Source: a virus (Duplodnaviria > Caudoviricetes). From it: a stretch of 64,000 nt of DNA. The translations under genes and the position numbers were made by a program. Shown one piece after another: positions 45,912 to 55,216 of this stretch; the stretch's first letter is position 1, and each line of letters starts with the position of its first letter. The notes under the pieces were generated by a model, which made no database searches, had not been told where the DNA came from, and saw nothing but the letters and a program-made list of their open reading frames with translations. The stretch is from IMG/VR virus record IMGVR_UViG_3300033061_000469, positions 6,590 to 70,589 of that record; one strand, 5' to 3'.

Positions 45912-46694
45912 CAAATCAGCAAGACTAAGTGGAATATCCATTGATTCTCCACATGCCTTGCAAATCTTCTTCACCTCCCCAAGGCGTGGACCAGGGGTAC
46001 GACTAATAATTTCATCTATCACTTTGGCGCGGTCTGCCATGCCAAGAGATAATGCAGTTGATGCCCCAACTGATGGTGAGCCATCTACTGAAACAATACA
46101 TCCTGATAAAAGAATAGTGTTCATTTCTGAAGAGGTTTTATCTAAATTTTCCATTAGTTTGCGTTGGACAATTCCATTTGGAAGAGCAACTTTAACTAAC
46201 CCTTTCTTAGTTTCTATCGTCCATGCACGATCTTCAATTGGATCTTTTAGTTCAACTACGGGAACGTCTTTTAATAGATCAACTTCAACTTTATGCTCAT
46301 CATTACATGATTGGCACCGTACTAGTACAGGAAGGGTACTACCAAAGGTAACTCGTCGTATCCCAATTAAAATAGCGTCACGGTCTCCTGATAACAAAGT
46401 ATCTATATCTGTCTTAACAACATCTTTAGCACCTAGTCTTAAAAGACCTTTTTTTAATAAAACATCAAATGCTTTTCCAGTAGAACCTGCTTTAGCAATT
46501 GATTCTTCATCCGCGCCAGTGAGTTCACGGACTTCGGCGGTGCGTATTAAATCACCGTCTACGTCTATGAACCCACCAGGCAATAAAACTTCTGACTCAG
46601 AAGGGGCTCTAGTAGTAACTACTGGAGTTGGTTCTTCCATAGCTTTTTTAGCAAATTGTGCTACAAGTGTTGCATCTGAAATTACTTCAGCCAC
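45900..46694 (-). CDS. tail assembly chaperone (with Zn-ribbon CxxC pairs)
   Basis: VRELTG.DEE, GDRDAIL..IR..TFG, CQSC, CKAC. Lies between tube and TMP. Confidence 0.8.
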   Translation of the reverse strand: MAEVISDATLVAQFAKKAMEEPTPVVTTRAPSESEVLLPGGFIDVDGDLIRTAEVRELTGADEESIAKAGSTGKAFDVLLKKGLLRLGAKDVVKTDIDTLLSGDRDAILIGIRRVTFGSTLPVLVRCQSCNDEHKVEVDLLKDVPVVELKDPIEDRAWTIETKKGLVKVALPNGIVQRKLMENLDKTSSEMNTILLSGCIVSVDGSPSVGASTALSLGMADRAKVIDEIISRTPGPRLGEVKKICKACGESMDIPLSLADLFRI

Positions 46695-46717
46695 GTTTTA
46701 TTCTCCTTTTAGGTTTA

Positions 46718-47353
46718 TTAGATCTTTGCGTAGTTTGAGTCTGTAAAGAATACAGACAATCCCTCGTGAACCAAAGTCATGGTTTCAAATAGGATTTCAT
46801 TAGCGCCAGCATTTAGATCTTGGTAGGCCAAACTACTAATCCAAGCGTTATGAACTTTGAAGCCCATCTTTGGGATATTGTCATCTACGTTTGAGGTAGA
46901 TGCATTATTTGCTGCGTTTGGGTGATCCATTACATAAATGTTGATGTCAACACGAAATCCTGTATTAGATCCTGTAGACAACCCATCCCCAGCTGCTGCG
47001 GCAAATAGCCCACGCATCCAAGTAATTGCTTGATCATTTCCGTACATAGTGCCACGTTGTAACGTAATAGGGCTAAACGTAGTCATGCCTGGAATTTGGT
47101 GAACAGTAGTGTTATACCCACCTTCACGATATGAAATTGGTTGAGTATTGATGTTTAATCCACTAATATAAGTGAACCCACCAATCCAACCATCTGATAC
47201 TCCATTTTCTGGCATCTTATTTGTAGAAGATGTAAGAATTTTGGAGCTAAACGTATTTCCAGTGCCAGCTTTAGTAAATTCAGCGTAGAACCGAAAGTTA
47301 CGTAACGGGTCAGTGGCAATCGTAGAAAAACGATTAATTAAGCTGCTTGTCAT
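46718..47353 (-). CDS. tail tube protein (T4 gp19-like)
   Basis: DPLRNFRF, F..ISGL......YREGG, PG...F..ITL.RG, AW. Confidence 0.95.
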   Translation of the reverse strand: MTSSLINRFSTIATDPLRNFRFYAEFTKAGTGNTFSSKILTSSTNKMPENGVSDGWIGGFTYISGLNINTQPISYREGGYNTTVHQIPGMTTFSPITLQRGTMYGNDQAITWMRGLFAAAAGDGLSTGSNTGFRVDINIYVMDHPNAANNASTSNVDDNIPKMGFKVHNAWISSLAYQDLNAGANEILFETMTLVHEGLSVFFTDSNYAKI

Positions 47354-47370
47354 GTTTGTTTATCTCCTCT

Positions 47371-48876
47371 TTACGCTACAGTAACGGTTGTTCCACCGTC
47401 GTACTGGCCAATTTTGATAATAACGAATTCAGCTGGACGTTGTAAAGCAACACCAACCTCAATGTTTACTTCGCCATTATCAATACTGTTTTGTGTATTA
47501 TTTGTTGAGTCAATTCTAACAAAGAATGCATCACTAGGTTTAGCGCCTTGTAGGCCGCCTTGTGACCAAAACTCTGTTAAGTATGAACTAATTGATGCAT
47601 TTAAACGGCGCCATAAAGCCGCTCCGTTTGGTTCAAATATTGCAAATTGGGTAAGCTCAATTAATGATTTACGCAGATAAATTAATGTTCTACGCACTGG
47701 TACGTAACGATCAATATATCCAGCTTTAAGTGTACGAGCACCCATTACAACAATTCCAGCGCCTGAAACATAACGAATTGCATTAGCAGGAGTTTGTGAA
47801 CCATTTAATAGGTCTAGTTCAGTATTAGTTAACGCACTAATTGACACTGCTCCAGAAATACGTGCTAACAGTCCAGCAGGGGCTTTATAAACACCTCGTG
47901 AAGCATCTGTACGAGCATAAAGTCCCATTACGGCCCCACCAGCTCCAATAGTTTTAACTGCATTAGTTGCTGATCCCATACCTACTGTTGGATCACTAAT
48001 TGTAATCCGTGGGTAATAAACAGCAGCTTGAGAAGAAGTTGAATACGAACTATTTAACGTAATTTGATCAGCAGCTGTTCCAGTTTGTCCGTCAATAATT
48101 ACAAACACGTCGCTACGACTTTCGGCATACGCAATTACATAATTAATAGTGGTTGCGTCTGTATAACCAGGTACGTTTAATAGTAATGACTGCGTAATTG
48201 TGTTATATAGACTTAATGCTGTATTAATAATAGCTGGCGTAACAGATGAACCATTTGCCCCAGAAGCTAAAGATAGGTTTGATGCTAACGCTGGATTTTT
48301 AGTTGGAGAAACTGAAGCTGAACTTAAATCCGTCACTGTTATATACTTAGATGATACATTAATTACGCTAGGTGCATATCTTGCGTTAGTTGTATCCATA
48401 GTAAGGTCTGGAAATCTTTCAACAATATCGGAATCTGTTGTTCCTCCGTTGTATAGTGTTAAATTAAAATATCCAGTTGAGTTTGAATCTGTAATAGATA
48501 CATTTAGACTATTGCCCCAAGTACCAAAACTATTAGCGTTTATTCTTAATGTGGCTATTGGTGACCCAGCTCTATCGCTTAAAGTACGTGTTGCTAGTGC
48601 TGCGGACGTGCCAACTACGCGAGTTATGTAGGCACTAGAACCGCCATTTACAAAAAACATGTAAACAGCAATAGGTAAATCATTGTTTGTTATTGTATTC
48701 CAAGAACCAAACTTGGATACATAATCATTCCAGTCTCTTACTAGAGTAGGACTTGTTGGACCACGATCATTTGCGCCCACGAACGCAGACACTGTATTAG
48801 AGTTAGGACCAACAACTGGTGCAATTGGGTTTAACGTTTCTTGAACGTACACCCCTGGTCTTTGTACATTTGCCAT
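47371..48876 (-). CDS. contractile tail sheath protein
   Basis: RPGVYVQE, FF.NGG, AA.YYP, RG.YKAPAG, GART, Y.PVRR, FEPN, P.EF. Confidence 0.97.
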   Translation of the reverse strand: MANVQRPGVYVQETLNPIAPVVGPNSNTVSAFVGANDRGPTSPTLVRDWNDYVSKFGSWNTITNNDLPIAVYMFFVNGGSSAYITRVVGTSAALATRTLSDRAGSPIATLRINANSFGTWGNSLNVSITDSNSTGYFNLTLYNGGTTDSDIVERFPDLTMDTTNARYAPSVINVSSKYITVTDLSSASVSPTKNPALASNLSLASGANGSSVTPAIINTALSLYNTITQSLLLNVPGYTDATTINYVIAYAESRSDVFVIIDGQTGTAADQITLNSSYSTSSQAAVYYPRITISDPTVGMGSATNAVKTIGAGGAVMGLYARTDASRGVYKAPAGLLARISGAVSISALTNTELDLLNGSQTPANAIRYVSGAGIVVMGARTLKAGYIDRYVPVRRTLIYLRKSLIELTQFAIFEPNGAALWRRLNASISSYLTEFWSQGGLQGAKPSDAFFVRIDSTNNTQNSIDNGEVNIEVGVALQRPAEFVIIKIGQYDGGTTVTVA

Positions 48877-48911
48877 TATATCTCCTTAGATTTTTACCTG
48901 AATTACGAATA

Positions 48912-49538
48912 TTAGACGGGTTTGTAGCGGGACGGAATATGCGTAGTTGTTTTGTTTATTTTTACTGTGCTTACTGTATTTTCTGCAGTAAGAGCTGTTT
49001 GCGGAGTCATCTCACTTACAATACGAACAGAAAACACATTACGAAGCAATCGACGATTTCCAGTTTCATCTTCAACTGCATCTCGTTTAACAAATCCATC
49101 TAAAAACATGCTACGTGCGCTGTACTCAGTGCCAAGTTCATTTTGAACCCTTATGTAACCAAATTTAGATGGAAATTTATTTAATAGTTGAAACATTAAT
49201 GCTCTATCGTGTCGTGGGTGCCTAGAAAAAGAAGTAACTTGATAGGAAAGATCATATGCAACAGGTATGTCGTAAGCATATACTTTATTAGCTCTTAGGG
49301 CCGCAGTTCCTCTGTAATCATTGTCTGAAAGTCGACCAGAAGTTTGACGATCATTTGCTGGCACAATGTCAATTAAATCTATAGTAAGAAAAGGAAAAGA
49401 TTGATCGCGTATTTCAACGTCTGGATAACCAAACCATACTTTTACTGGTCTAGTTGGATTTTTTTGATCAGCAACAGTAAGACCATCTAAGTAGGTTTTT
49501 AACGCTAAGTCCTCAGCAATAATAAATGGATTTCCCAT
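48912..49538 (-). CDS. tail terminator / neck protein
   Basis: VWFGYPD, FP..TIDL..I, L.YQV. Upstream of the sheath gene. Confidence 0.65.
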   Translation of the reverse strand: MGNPFIIAEDLALKTYLDGLTVADQKNPTRPVKVWFGYPDVEIRDQSFPFLTIDLIDIVPANDRQTSGRLSDNDYRGTAALRANKVYAYDIPVAYDLSYQVTSFSRHPRHDRALMFQLLNKFPSKFGYIRVQNELGTEYSARSMFLDGFVKRDAVEDETGNRRLLRNVFSVRIVSEMTPQTALTAENTVSTVKINKTTTHIPSRYKPV

Positions 49539-49879
49539 TACCAGACTCCCCCCGCTCCAGTTTTATTCATATAATCCATAACTCCATTTTTTGTCTCATT
49601 AGACAGTGTGCTTACAGCACGGTTTATAAATGGTCGTATTACAGAGTTTGGTGACTCGTTTGTAGAGCCGTACTCTAAGTCTTCAATTCTTTGCTTTAAC
49701 TGATTTGGGTAAGAAACGTAAACGCTTCCATTATCATTAATTACTTCTAGGGCGTTAATTAATTCTCCAGGCCAATTAGCGGCACGGGCAATTTCGTGCA
49801 AAGACATAGTTAGTTCATGAGTCACAGACTCAGCTATGTCAGAAGCTAAATTATGGGTTGATTTATTTTTTGTTAGCAC
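49538..49879 (-). CDS. putative neck/head-tail protein
   Basis: A.WP..L, LEYG......P...IR motif. GTG start at 49879. Confidence 0.55.
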   Translation of the reverse strand: MLTKNKSTHNLASDIAESVTHELTMSLHEIARAANWPGELINALEVINDNGSVYVSYPNQLKQRIEDLEYGSTNESPNSVIRPFINRAVSTLSNETKNGVMDYMNKTGAGGVW

Positions 49880-50018
49880 TTTTTTTATACCCTTTATAAG
49901 AAAGAAACGCGGCAATACCTAGCAATACTTTATTCTCAGTTTCCTTGCTTGGGATGTTGTCCGTTATCCCTTTAATGAAGTCCGCGGCAGATGGGCGGTC
50001 TATCTTATCTTCATTCAT
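49863..50018 (-). CDS. small hypothetical protein (51 aa, not in ORF track)
   Basis: MNEDKIDRPSAADFIKG...KSANKK, SD AGGAG. Confidence 0.65.
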   Translation of the reverse strand: MNEDKIDRPSAADFIKGITDNIPSKETENKVLLGIAAFLSYKGYKKSANKK

Positions 50019-50097
50019 GGCAGGCTCCTAAGGAGTAGCAGGGTATATCGCAAGGGTAGTGCTTTGACTCCGCACGGAATCATCTTTAGTATAAAGC

Positions 50098-50120
50098 AAA
50101 AAGGCCCCTTTCGGGGCCTT
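50098..50120 (-). terminator. rho-independent terminator
   Basis: AAGGCCCC-GAAA-GGGGCCTTTTT. Confidence 0.85.
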
Positions 50121-50125
50121 AGGGC

Positions 50126-50344
50126 TTACTTCTTTTTAATCTTTTTTGCTAACGCCTTGTCTAACTTAGCGTCTTCTTTCTTAGATGGCTTCTTTGCATC
50201 CATCTTCTTATCTTCTTTCTTAAACGCGCCTTTTTGCTTTGGGCTCATGCCCTTCATTACTTTTGCATCTTGCTTCTTATCAGCCTTTTTGCAAGCTCCG
50301 TTACATCCTGGTTTAGAACAACCACAGCCACATGATTTACACAT
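50126..50344 (-). CDS. Cys-rich-head, Lys-rich small protein (paralog 1)
   Basis: MCKSCGCGCSKPGCNGAC followed by a KK-rich tail. Confidence 0.8.
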   Translation of the reverse strand: MCKSCGCGCSKPGCNGACKKADKKQDAKVMKGMSPKQKGAFKKEDKKMDAKKPSKKEDAKLDKALAKKIKKK

Positions 50345-50345
50345 A

Positions 50346-50489
50346 TTACATACCCTTCTTTCTATTCATTGATTGTTTTTTATTTGATACTTTAGTGCTT
50401 GCTTTTTTAGCAAACTTTTTATTAGCAGCGGGTAAACTTTTCATTCCGTGCTTATTTTTAGGCATTCCGCATCCACAGGTAGCGCACAT
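50346..50489 (-). CDS. Cys-rich-head, Lys-rich small protein (paralog 2, 47 aa)
   Basis: MCATCGCGMPKNKHG...RKKGM, TAATG coupling. Confidence 0.75.
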   Translation of the reverse strand: MCATCGCGMPKNKHGMKSLPAANKKFAKKASTKVSNKKQSMNRKKGM

Positions 50490-50653
50490 TATTTTTTCTT
50501 CTTTGATCGAAGGGCAGCAAAGTCAGATCCTTCTAACTTACCGTTTTTGTTTACATCAAGTTTCTTTTGCTTAGGAGATAGTTTTTTAGATCCTTTTTTG
50601 CAGGCACCTTTACATCCTGGCTTAGAGCATCCGCAACCACATGATTTACACAT
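50489..50653 (-). CDS. Cys-rich-head, Lys-rich small protein with EF-hand-like loop (paralog 3, 54 aa)
   Basis: MCKSCGCGCSKPGCKGAC...LDVNKNGKLEGSDF...KKKK. Confidence 0.8.
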   Translation of the reverse strand: MCKSCGCGCSKPGCKGACKKGSKKLSPKQKKLDVNKNGKLEGSDFAALRSKKKK

Positions 50654-50742
50654 TATTTAGCCTTCTTTTCTCTTAGTCGTTTTTTGTTCTTTAATCCACG
50701 TTTTTGACGTGTCTTAGAGATCTTATTGTTATTCTTTTTCAC
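50653..50742 (-). CDS. 29 aa highly basic peptide
   Basis: (GTG)KKNNNKISKTRQKRGLKNKKRLREKKAK, TAATG coupling. Confidence 0.5.
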   Translation of the reverse strand: MKKNNNKISKTRQKRGLKNKKRLREKKAK

Positions 50743-50872
50743 TTTTTCTTTTTTTAACCTTTACTTTGGCGGGTAGTTTTTTACCTTTAGGTGTCTTATC
50801 TTCCCACTCTTTAGCCATCTCAGGGCGCTGAGAGTACATAAATTTTCTTTGGGCTTGCGATTTAAATGGCAT
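50729..50872 (-). CDS. small basic protein (MPFKS.AQR family)
   Basis: MPFKSQAQRKFMY....EMAKEW...TPKGKKLP. SD AGGA, TATAAT upstream. Confidence 0.75.
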   Translation of the reverse strand: MPFKSQAQRKFMYSQRPEMAKEWEDKTPKGKKLPAKVKVKKRKSEKE

Positions 50873-50879
50873 TAGAGTC

Positions 50880-51557
50880 CTAACTGTTTCTTGGGGTACC
50901 GTCAAAATTATACTCGAACTCTTCAGTAGATGGGTTACCACCATTAATGAAATCGGGTAAATTAAATATAGGACTAGTTATTTGTCTAGCAATTGGAGGT
51001 GGGACTGATAACGGATCGTAATTAGGGATGGGGTCTCTAGGGCTTCGGTCAACAAGACCCAAAAATTGAAAGTCATTAACCATTTCTTCAGAGGAAACTT
51101 GAATGCAGTCAACCACAACAAGCGTAAAAGTTTCAGAAACAATTCCCCTTTGTTGCACATAGAAAGGTCTATAAAGTTGGTTTTTCCACAAAATTCTACC
51201 TCTATTTTCAAGGTCAGGGTTTCCTAAGACTCCTGGATCTATTTTATCAATATCTCTACCATTAAGAGTTAAATGCAAAGTGTCTGCACTATAAAAACCG
51301 CGTTGAGATGTAGGAACTTTGCCTTGTGAGATAACCGCTCTAACTACAGGAAGTGAATACGGACCACGCCACGCTTTACCAAAATCTTGTGATGCTGTTT
51401 CGTAAATAGGATCAACTACAGTATTTCCTGGATCATAAATAAACCAAAGTGCGTTAGTTCCAACTGGATTTTTTAAATCAGCGTCTATGCCATCTTGCAT
51501 AGAATTTATTTCAAAATCAGAGTTAAATCTACCACCAGGGGTATAAGCACGACTCAT
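50880..51557 (-). CDS. head-tail adaptor / head closure protein
   Basis: D.IY, G....RGFY..D.L.L, RI.W....Y. Position between basic genes and the tailoring cluster. Confidence 0.55.
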   Translation of the reverse strand: MSRAYTPGGRFNSDFEINSMQDGIDADLKNPVGTNALWFIYDPGNTVVDPIYETASQDFGKAWRGPYSLPVVRAVISQGKVPTSQRGFYSADTLHLTLNGRDIDKIDPGVLGNPDLENRGRILWKNQLYRPFYVQQRGIVSETFTLVVVDCIQVSSEEMVNDFQFLGLVDRSPRDPIPNYDPLSVPPPIARQITSPIFNLPDFINGGNPSTEEFEYNFDGTPRNS

Positions 51558-51610
51558 TAATTGTCCCTACGTATAAGTATTTAAATTATCCAATATAGGG
51601 CTAATTAAAA

Positions 51611-52867
51611 CTAGTTAAAGCACTCTTTATTTCTTATAGCAAGGCTTGGGTTTACCCATATCTGGTCTTCCATATTACTTCCCCATTCATGGGAAGTGTC
51701 AACCAACACAAACCCATTGGAGGTCATAAACTCAACAATCTTATCTTTAGTGACATGCTCTGGGTGTAATTGGATGCTTTCTGTTTCTAAATGGAATAAT
51801 CGTACGTCTTTAAGCCTGTTGCCAAACCCTTGAAGCACTTGCCAGCTGTAGCCTTCGGTATCTACCTTGACTACATCAATAATTCCTGTATCCGCTGTTT
51901 TAGCTAACAGGCTATCTGCTCGGCTTGTTGAGACAATAATTTCTTTTGTTTTTCCTTCGTAATAGGAAGGCGGCGGGTTTATAGAAGCTTCTTTACTAAA
52001 AATAGATGAGGTACCCAAAACCTCAATCGCGTCAGAGTTAACTTGTGTAAAAGTTGTTTGCCCGTCTTTATCTGTAATAGCGCATTCATAAATATACATC
52101 CAAGGGTATTTATCCCTAGTAAGTTTAATACATTTAGGGTTAGCATCTACGGCAATAACTTTTGTTCCTTGAAGTTTTTTGTAAAGGTAAAAGGCATCAT
52201 CTCCATCTCGTGTCCCGATATCCATAATAAGAGGAGCTTTAACACCAAAATATTTACGATAGTTAGTAATGATTGGTTCTAAGATGTCAATGTCATCTGG
52301 CGTGTCATCAATGGTTTTAAGGTTAGTGTGTATAGCAGAACGGTAACTCTGATCAATATTTTCTGTAAGAAGTTTTTTAAACTCATTTATGGCTTCATCT
52401 TTACGGCCTATCCACCAACCACTTACCGCTTTTTCAAAACGCAACCCATACTCGCCTGGATAATCAACCCATACAGGAAGCGGCCCATTTTTTAAATAAC
52501 CAAAAGATAAACCAACTTCCGCCATGGTATATGCCTCTTGCCATTTTTTATTTTGTTCATACCAACGAGATAAAAGGAACCAAGCTTCTGGGCGTGATGG
52601 GATATATGCAATAGCTTTAAGGTAAAGGTTAACAACAGTCGCTTCTCTATTTTTTTGGTTGCTAAAACAGTATGCCGACTTAAGCAAAGAGGCGTATACA
52701 TACTCAGGGTGTGAGTAATAGCCATACTCAGCCGTGCGAAGGTAAAAAGAAACAGCTGATGCGGTTTGTCCAATTCTTTCGTATTCTATAGCAGTATTAA
52801 AACTAAGAGCAGGGTTAAATGGATCTTTAGATAAAGAAAGAATTAAACTATTAATATTGTTACTCAT
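51611..52867 (-). CDS. TPR-domain + FkbM-family methyltransferase fusion
   Basis: N-terminal TPR helices (LKAIAYIPSRPEAWFLL). C-terminal DIGTRDG, VDANP, VKVDTEG. Confidence 0.85.
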   Translation of the reverse strand: MSNNINSLILSLSKDPFNPALSFNTAIEYERIGQTASAVSFYLRTAEYGYYSHPEYVYASLLKSAYCFSNQKNREATVVNLYLKAIAYIPSRPEAWFLLSRWYEQNKKWQEAYTMAEVGLSFGYLKNGPLPVWVDYPGEYGLRFEKAVSGWWIGRKDEAINEFKKLLTENIDQSYRSAIHTNLKTIDDTPDDIDILEPIITNYRKYFGVKAPLIMDIGTRDGDDAFYLYKKLQGTKVIAVDANPKCIKLTRDKYPWMYIYECAITDKDGQTTFTQVNSDAIEVLGTSSIFSKEASINPPPSYYEGKTKEIIVSTSRADSLLAKTADTGIIDVVKVDTEGYSWQVLQGFGNRLKDVRLFHLETESIQLHPEHVTKDKIVEFMTSNGFVLVDTSHEWGSNMEDQIWVNPSLAIRNKECFN

Positions 52868-53858
52868 AAAGAGCCTCTGCAATCATTTCATTTACAATAC
52901 TTGTAGGAACTTCTAGTATAAACGCGGCATTATCTTGAAACCCAAAGCTAATAAGTAAATTATTGTTGTAAATAGCAGCTCCCGCACAAAACTCAATTTG
53001 ACCATCAAGGAAAGACCATGACTCTGGAGATAGGCCTATAAGTTTAAAGTTTTTATCCCATACGCATAAACGGTGGCGGTAAGTTCCATTTTTTTGTTTT
53101 AAATAGTTATTAAAAAGTACAACTTCGTGGGTAATAGCTATGTAATATTCACCCCATTTAATTACTTGAGAACCACCACGTTGGTCAGCATTAGCCACAG
53201 CACCTTTTTCAAGAGATACTTGACTACAAGTAACTTTATTTGGGTCTGCCTGCACTACTTCTGTAGGAACTGTCCATTTAACATATTGAAAATCTTTATC
53301 AAGAATAGGCATCCAATTTTTTTCACAATAAGACGTTTCATCAATAGGCGCGGGAATACGGGTGCGTTTTATTTCCTTAGCTGTCCATTTAACTTTATCA
53401 ATTTTTAACTCTGAAAGTTCCATACGTCCTTGTCCGTTGGTTGTGGTATCCCTACGCACACCTGTGCCATAGTATTTTCCACCCCATTTAACAAGACGGG
53501 CATCCTCTAATCCTACAAATGTCCAAATAGGCTTTACATCTAATTTTGAGGTGTCTATAAGGCAGACGTTAGTGATGTTAAAGTCTTTATCTAACCTCAG
53601 TAAATAATTAGCTGTTACAAGCCTTTGATCTTCTTCTGGATGAAGGTAAGACAAAGGTCCCCAAATACTAGGAAACCGTTGATCATTTTCTGCGTGGTAT
53701 AGCGTGTAATTAATATGACGTAATATGCATAATAAATCCCCATCATCATCTACAAAAATAGATGGGTTCATTAAACCAGTACCAGCTGTTAGTTTACTAT
53801 CTATTATTAAAGGAGATAGCTTTCCGCCAGCTACGGATGTGCGTTGCACTAGATTCAT
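52860..53858 (-). CDS. five-bladed beta-propeller glycosidase/phosphorylase-like (GH130-like) protein
   Basis: MNPSI, GLEDARL, CEKNWMP, RGGSQ, THEV, Y.HR and IEFCAG. Confidence 0.8.
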   Translation of the reverse strand: MNLVQRTSVAGGKLSPLIIDSKLTAGTGLMNPSIFVDDDGDLLCILRHINYTLYHAENDQRFPSIWGPLSYLHPEEDQRLVTANYLLRLDKDFNITNVCLIDTSKLDVKPIWTFVGLEDARLVKWGGKYYGTGVRRDTTTNGQGRMELSELKIDKVKWTAKEIKRTRIPAPIDETSYCEKNWMPILDKDFQYVKWTVPTEVVQADPNKVTCSQVSLEKGAVANADQRGGSQVIKWGEYYIAITHEVVLFNNYLKQKNGTYRHRLCVWDKNFKLIGLSPESWSFLDGQIEFCAGAAIYNNNLLISFGFQDNAAFILEVPTSIVNEMIAEALYE

Positions 53859-53884
53859 TGCGCCATATTAGCACAAAGAAGTAC

Positions 53885-54532
53885 TTAGTTAAAAGTTATA
53901 CCTAAAGATTCTTGACGAGATCTAATTAAATCTCTTACTCTAAGGGCTGCAGCGTTTACGTCAACAATCTCACTAGATTGAATATTAATCATATCTTTTA
54001 CTTTTTCATAGTGCACGGACTCAGTAACTGTTTTTAAAAAGTAAACTGTTTCAGTTGATTTTGTTCCGTCATCAAGAATAATGTTTTGAGTTTCGCTGTT
54101 AACTTCAGCAAGAGTAATAGAATTTACATCATATTCTGGTCTTGCGTCTTTAGCAATATACTCAATTACTTTTTCAGGATTAAGCATTAAATTTTCAAAA
54201 GTAAATGGCATAAGTTTGTTTAAATTTGTTTCAACATTGTTTAGATAAACAAGTGCTTTATCAGAACAATATTTAACAATTCTGTCTACATCATGTTGGG
54301 AATACTTTGTATCTTTAGTTCCTCTGTCTAATATAGTAATTGTATTAGACAATATAGAATCAAATCCAGAGCGAACAACAACTACATTTGTGTTTTCTTC
54401 TTCTACAGGTCTATCGCTTTCTGCTTTAATTCTTGCAGTTGCTGAGCCTATGTCAGACGCCTGTAAGCTCTTATGTAAAAAGTATCTACCAGTGCGCGGT
54501 GCGCTATAAATGTAAACTTTTTTAGTTGCCAT
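53885..54532 (-). CDS. sulfotransferase-like P-loop protein
   Basis: YIYSAPRTG 5'-PSB-like loop, VVVRS..D...S, and FE.L..NP...I..I. Confidence 0.55.
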   Translation of the reverse strand: MATKKVYIYSAPRTGRYFLHKSLQASDIGSATARIKAESDRPVEEENTNVVVVRSGFDSILSNTITILDRGTKDTKYSQHDVDRIVKYCSDKALVYLNNVETNLNKLMPFTFENLMLNPEKVIEYIAKDARPEYDVNSITLAEVNSETQNIILDDGTKSTETVYFLKTVTESVHYEKVKDMINIQSSEIVDVNAAALRVRDLIRSRQESLGITFN

Positions 54533-54550
54533 GCATTTAGTATACTATTT

Positions 54551-55216
54551 TTACTCTTGTCCGTCTGAGTTTATTACATTTTTAGTATTGTGCCACCAAT
54601 GAGGTAATGAGTACCTAACCCCTGATTTTATAGGAAATACCTCATGTACATATATAAAGTTAGAGGGGAAAAATACAATACTGCCCGCTTCTGGCTTTAT
54701 AGTTACTTTAGACTGTGGGAAAGATATTTCTCCCCCAGTGTAATCATCATTCAAGTAGATTACGGCTGAGAGGGCCCTACTACTTACCCCAACATCTTGA
54801 TGCGGAGGGAGATGTCCGCCCTCCTCGTATCTCAATAGGTGAAGGCTATACTCTCTTGACTTTAAATTTGCCTGCGCAAAAGGATATAAAATAGATGAAT
54901 AATGCTCTTTTGCTGCATCTAAACCTTTATATAAAGAGTTAGATATTTCATATAAATCCTCATAATAAAAATCTCTTTTTACTATATTTTTAGGTTCTGG
55001 CAGAACCGTTTTATAGCAAAATACTTTACTGTTATCTCCGCTTGAGTAGCCCCAAGGCTCCCACCCTCTTGTTTGTGTTGGGTTATTAGCGTGATTTTTA
55101 TTATTAAATTTAGTAATTAAATCGTTAATTTTTACTATTAGTTCATTGCTATTTTGTATAGCATTTTTATAATAAACAAGTCCTAGATCTAATACCTCAT
55201 AGTCAAAATTATTCAT
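54551..55216 (-). CDS. prolyl-4-hydroxylase-like 2OG-Fe(II) oxygenase
   Basis: LRY..GG.L.PHQD, YLNDDY.GGE..FP, YVHEV.P..SG.RYS. Confidence 0.9.
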   Translation of the reverse strand: MNNFDYEVLDLGLVYYKNAIQNSNELIVKINDLITKFNNKNHANNPTQTRGWEPWGYSSGDNSKVFCYKTVLPEPKNIVKRDFYYEDLYEISNSLYKGLDAAKEHYSSILYPFAQANLKSREYSLHLLRYEEGGHLPPHQDVGVSSRALSAVIYLNDDYTGGEISFPQSKVTIKPEAGSIVFFPSNFIYVHEVFPIKSGVRYSLPHWWHNTKNVINSDGQE

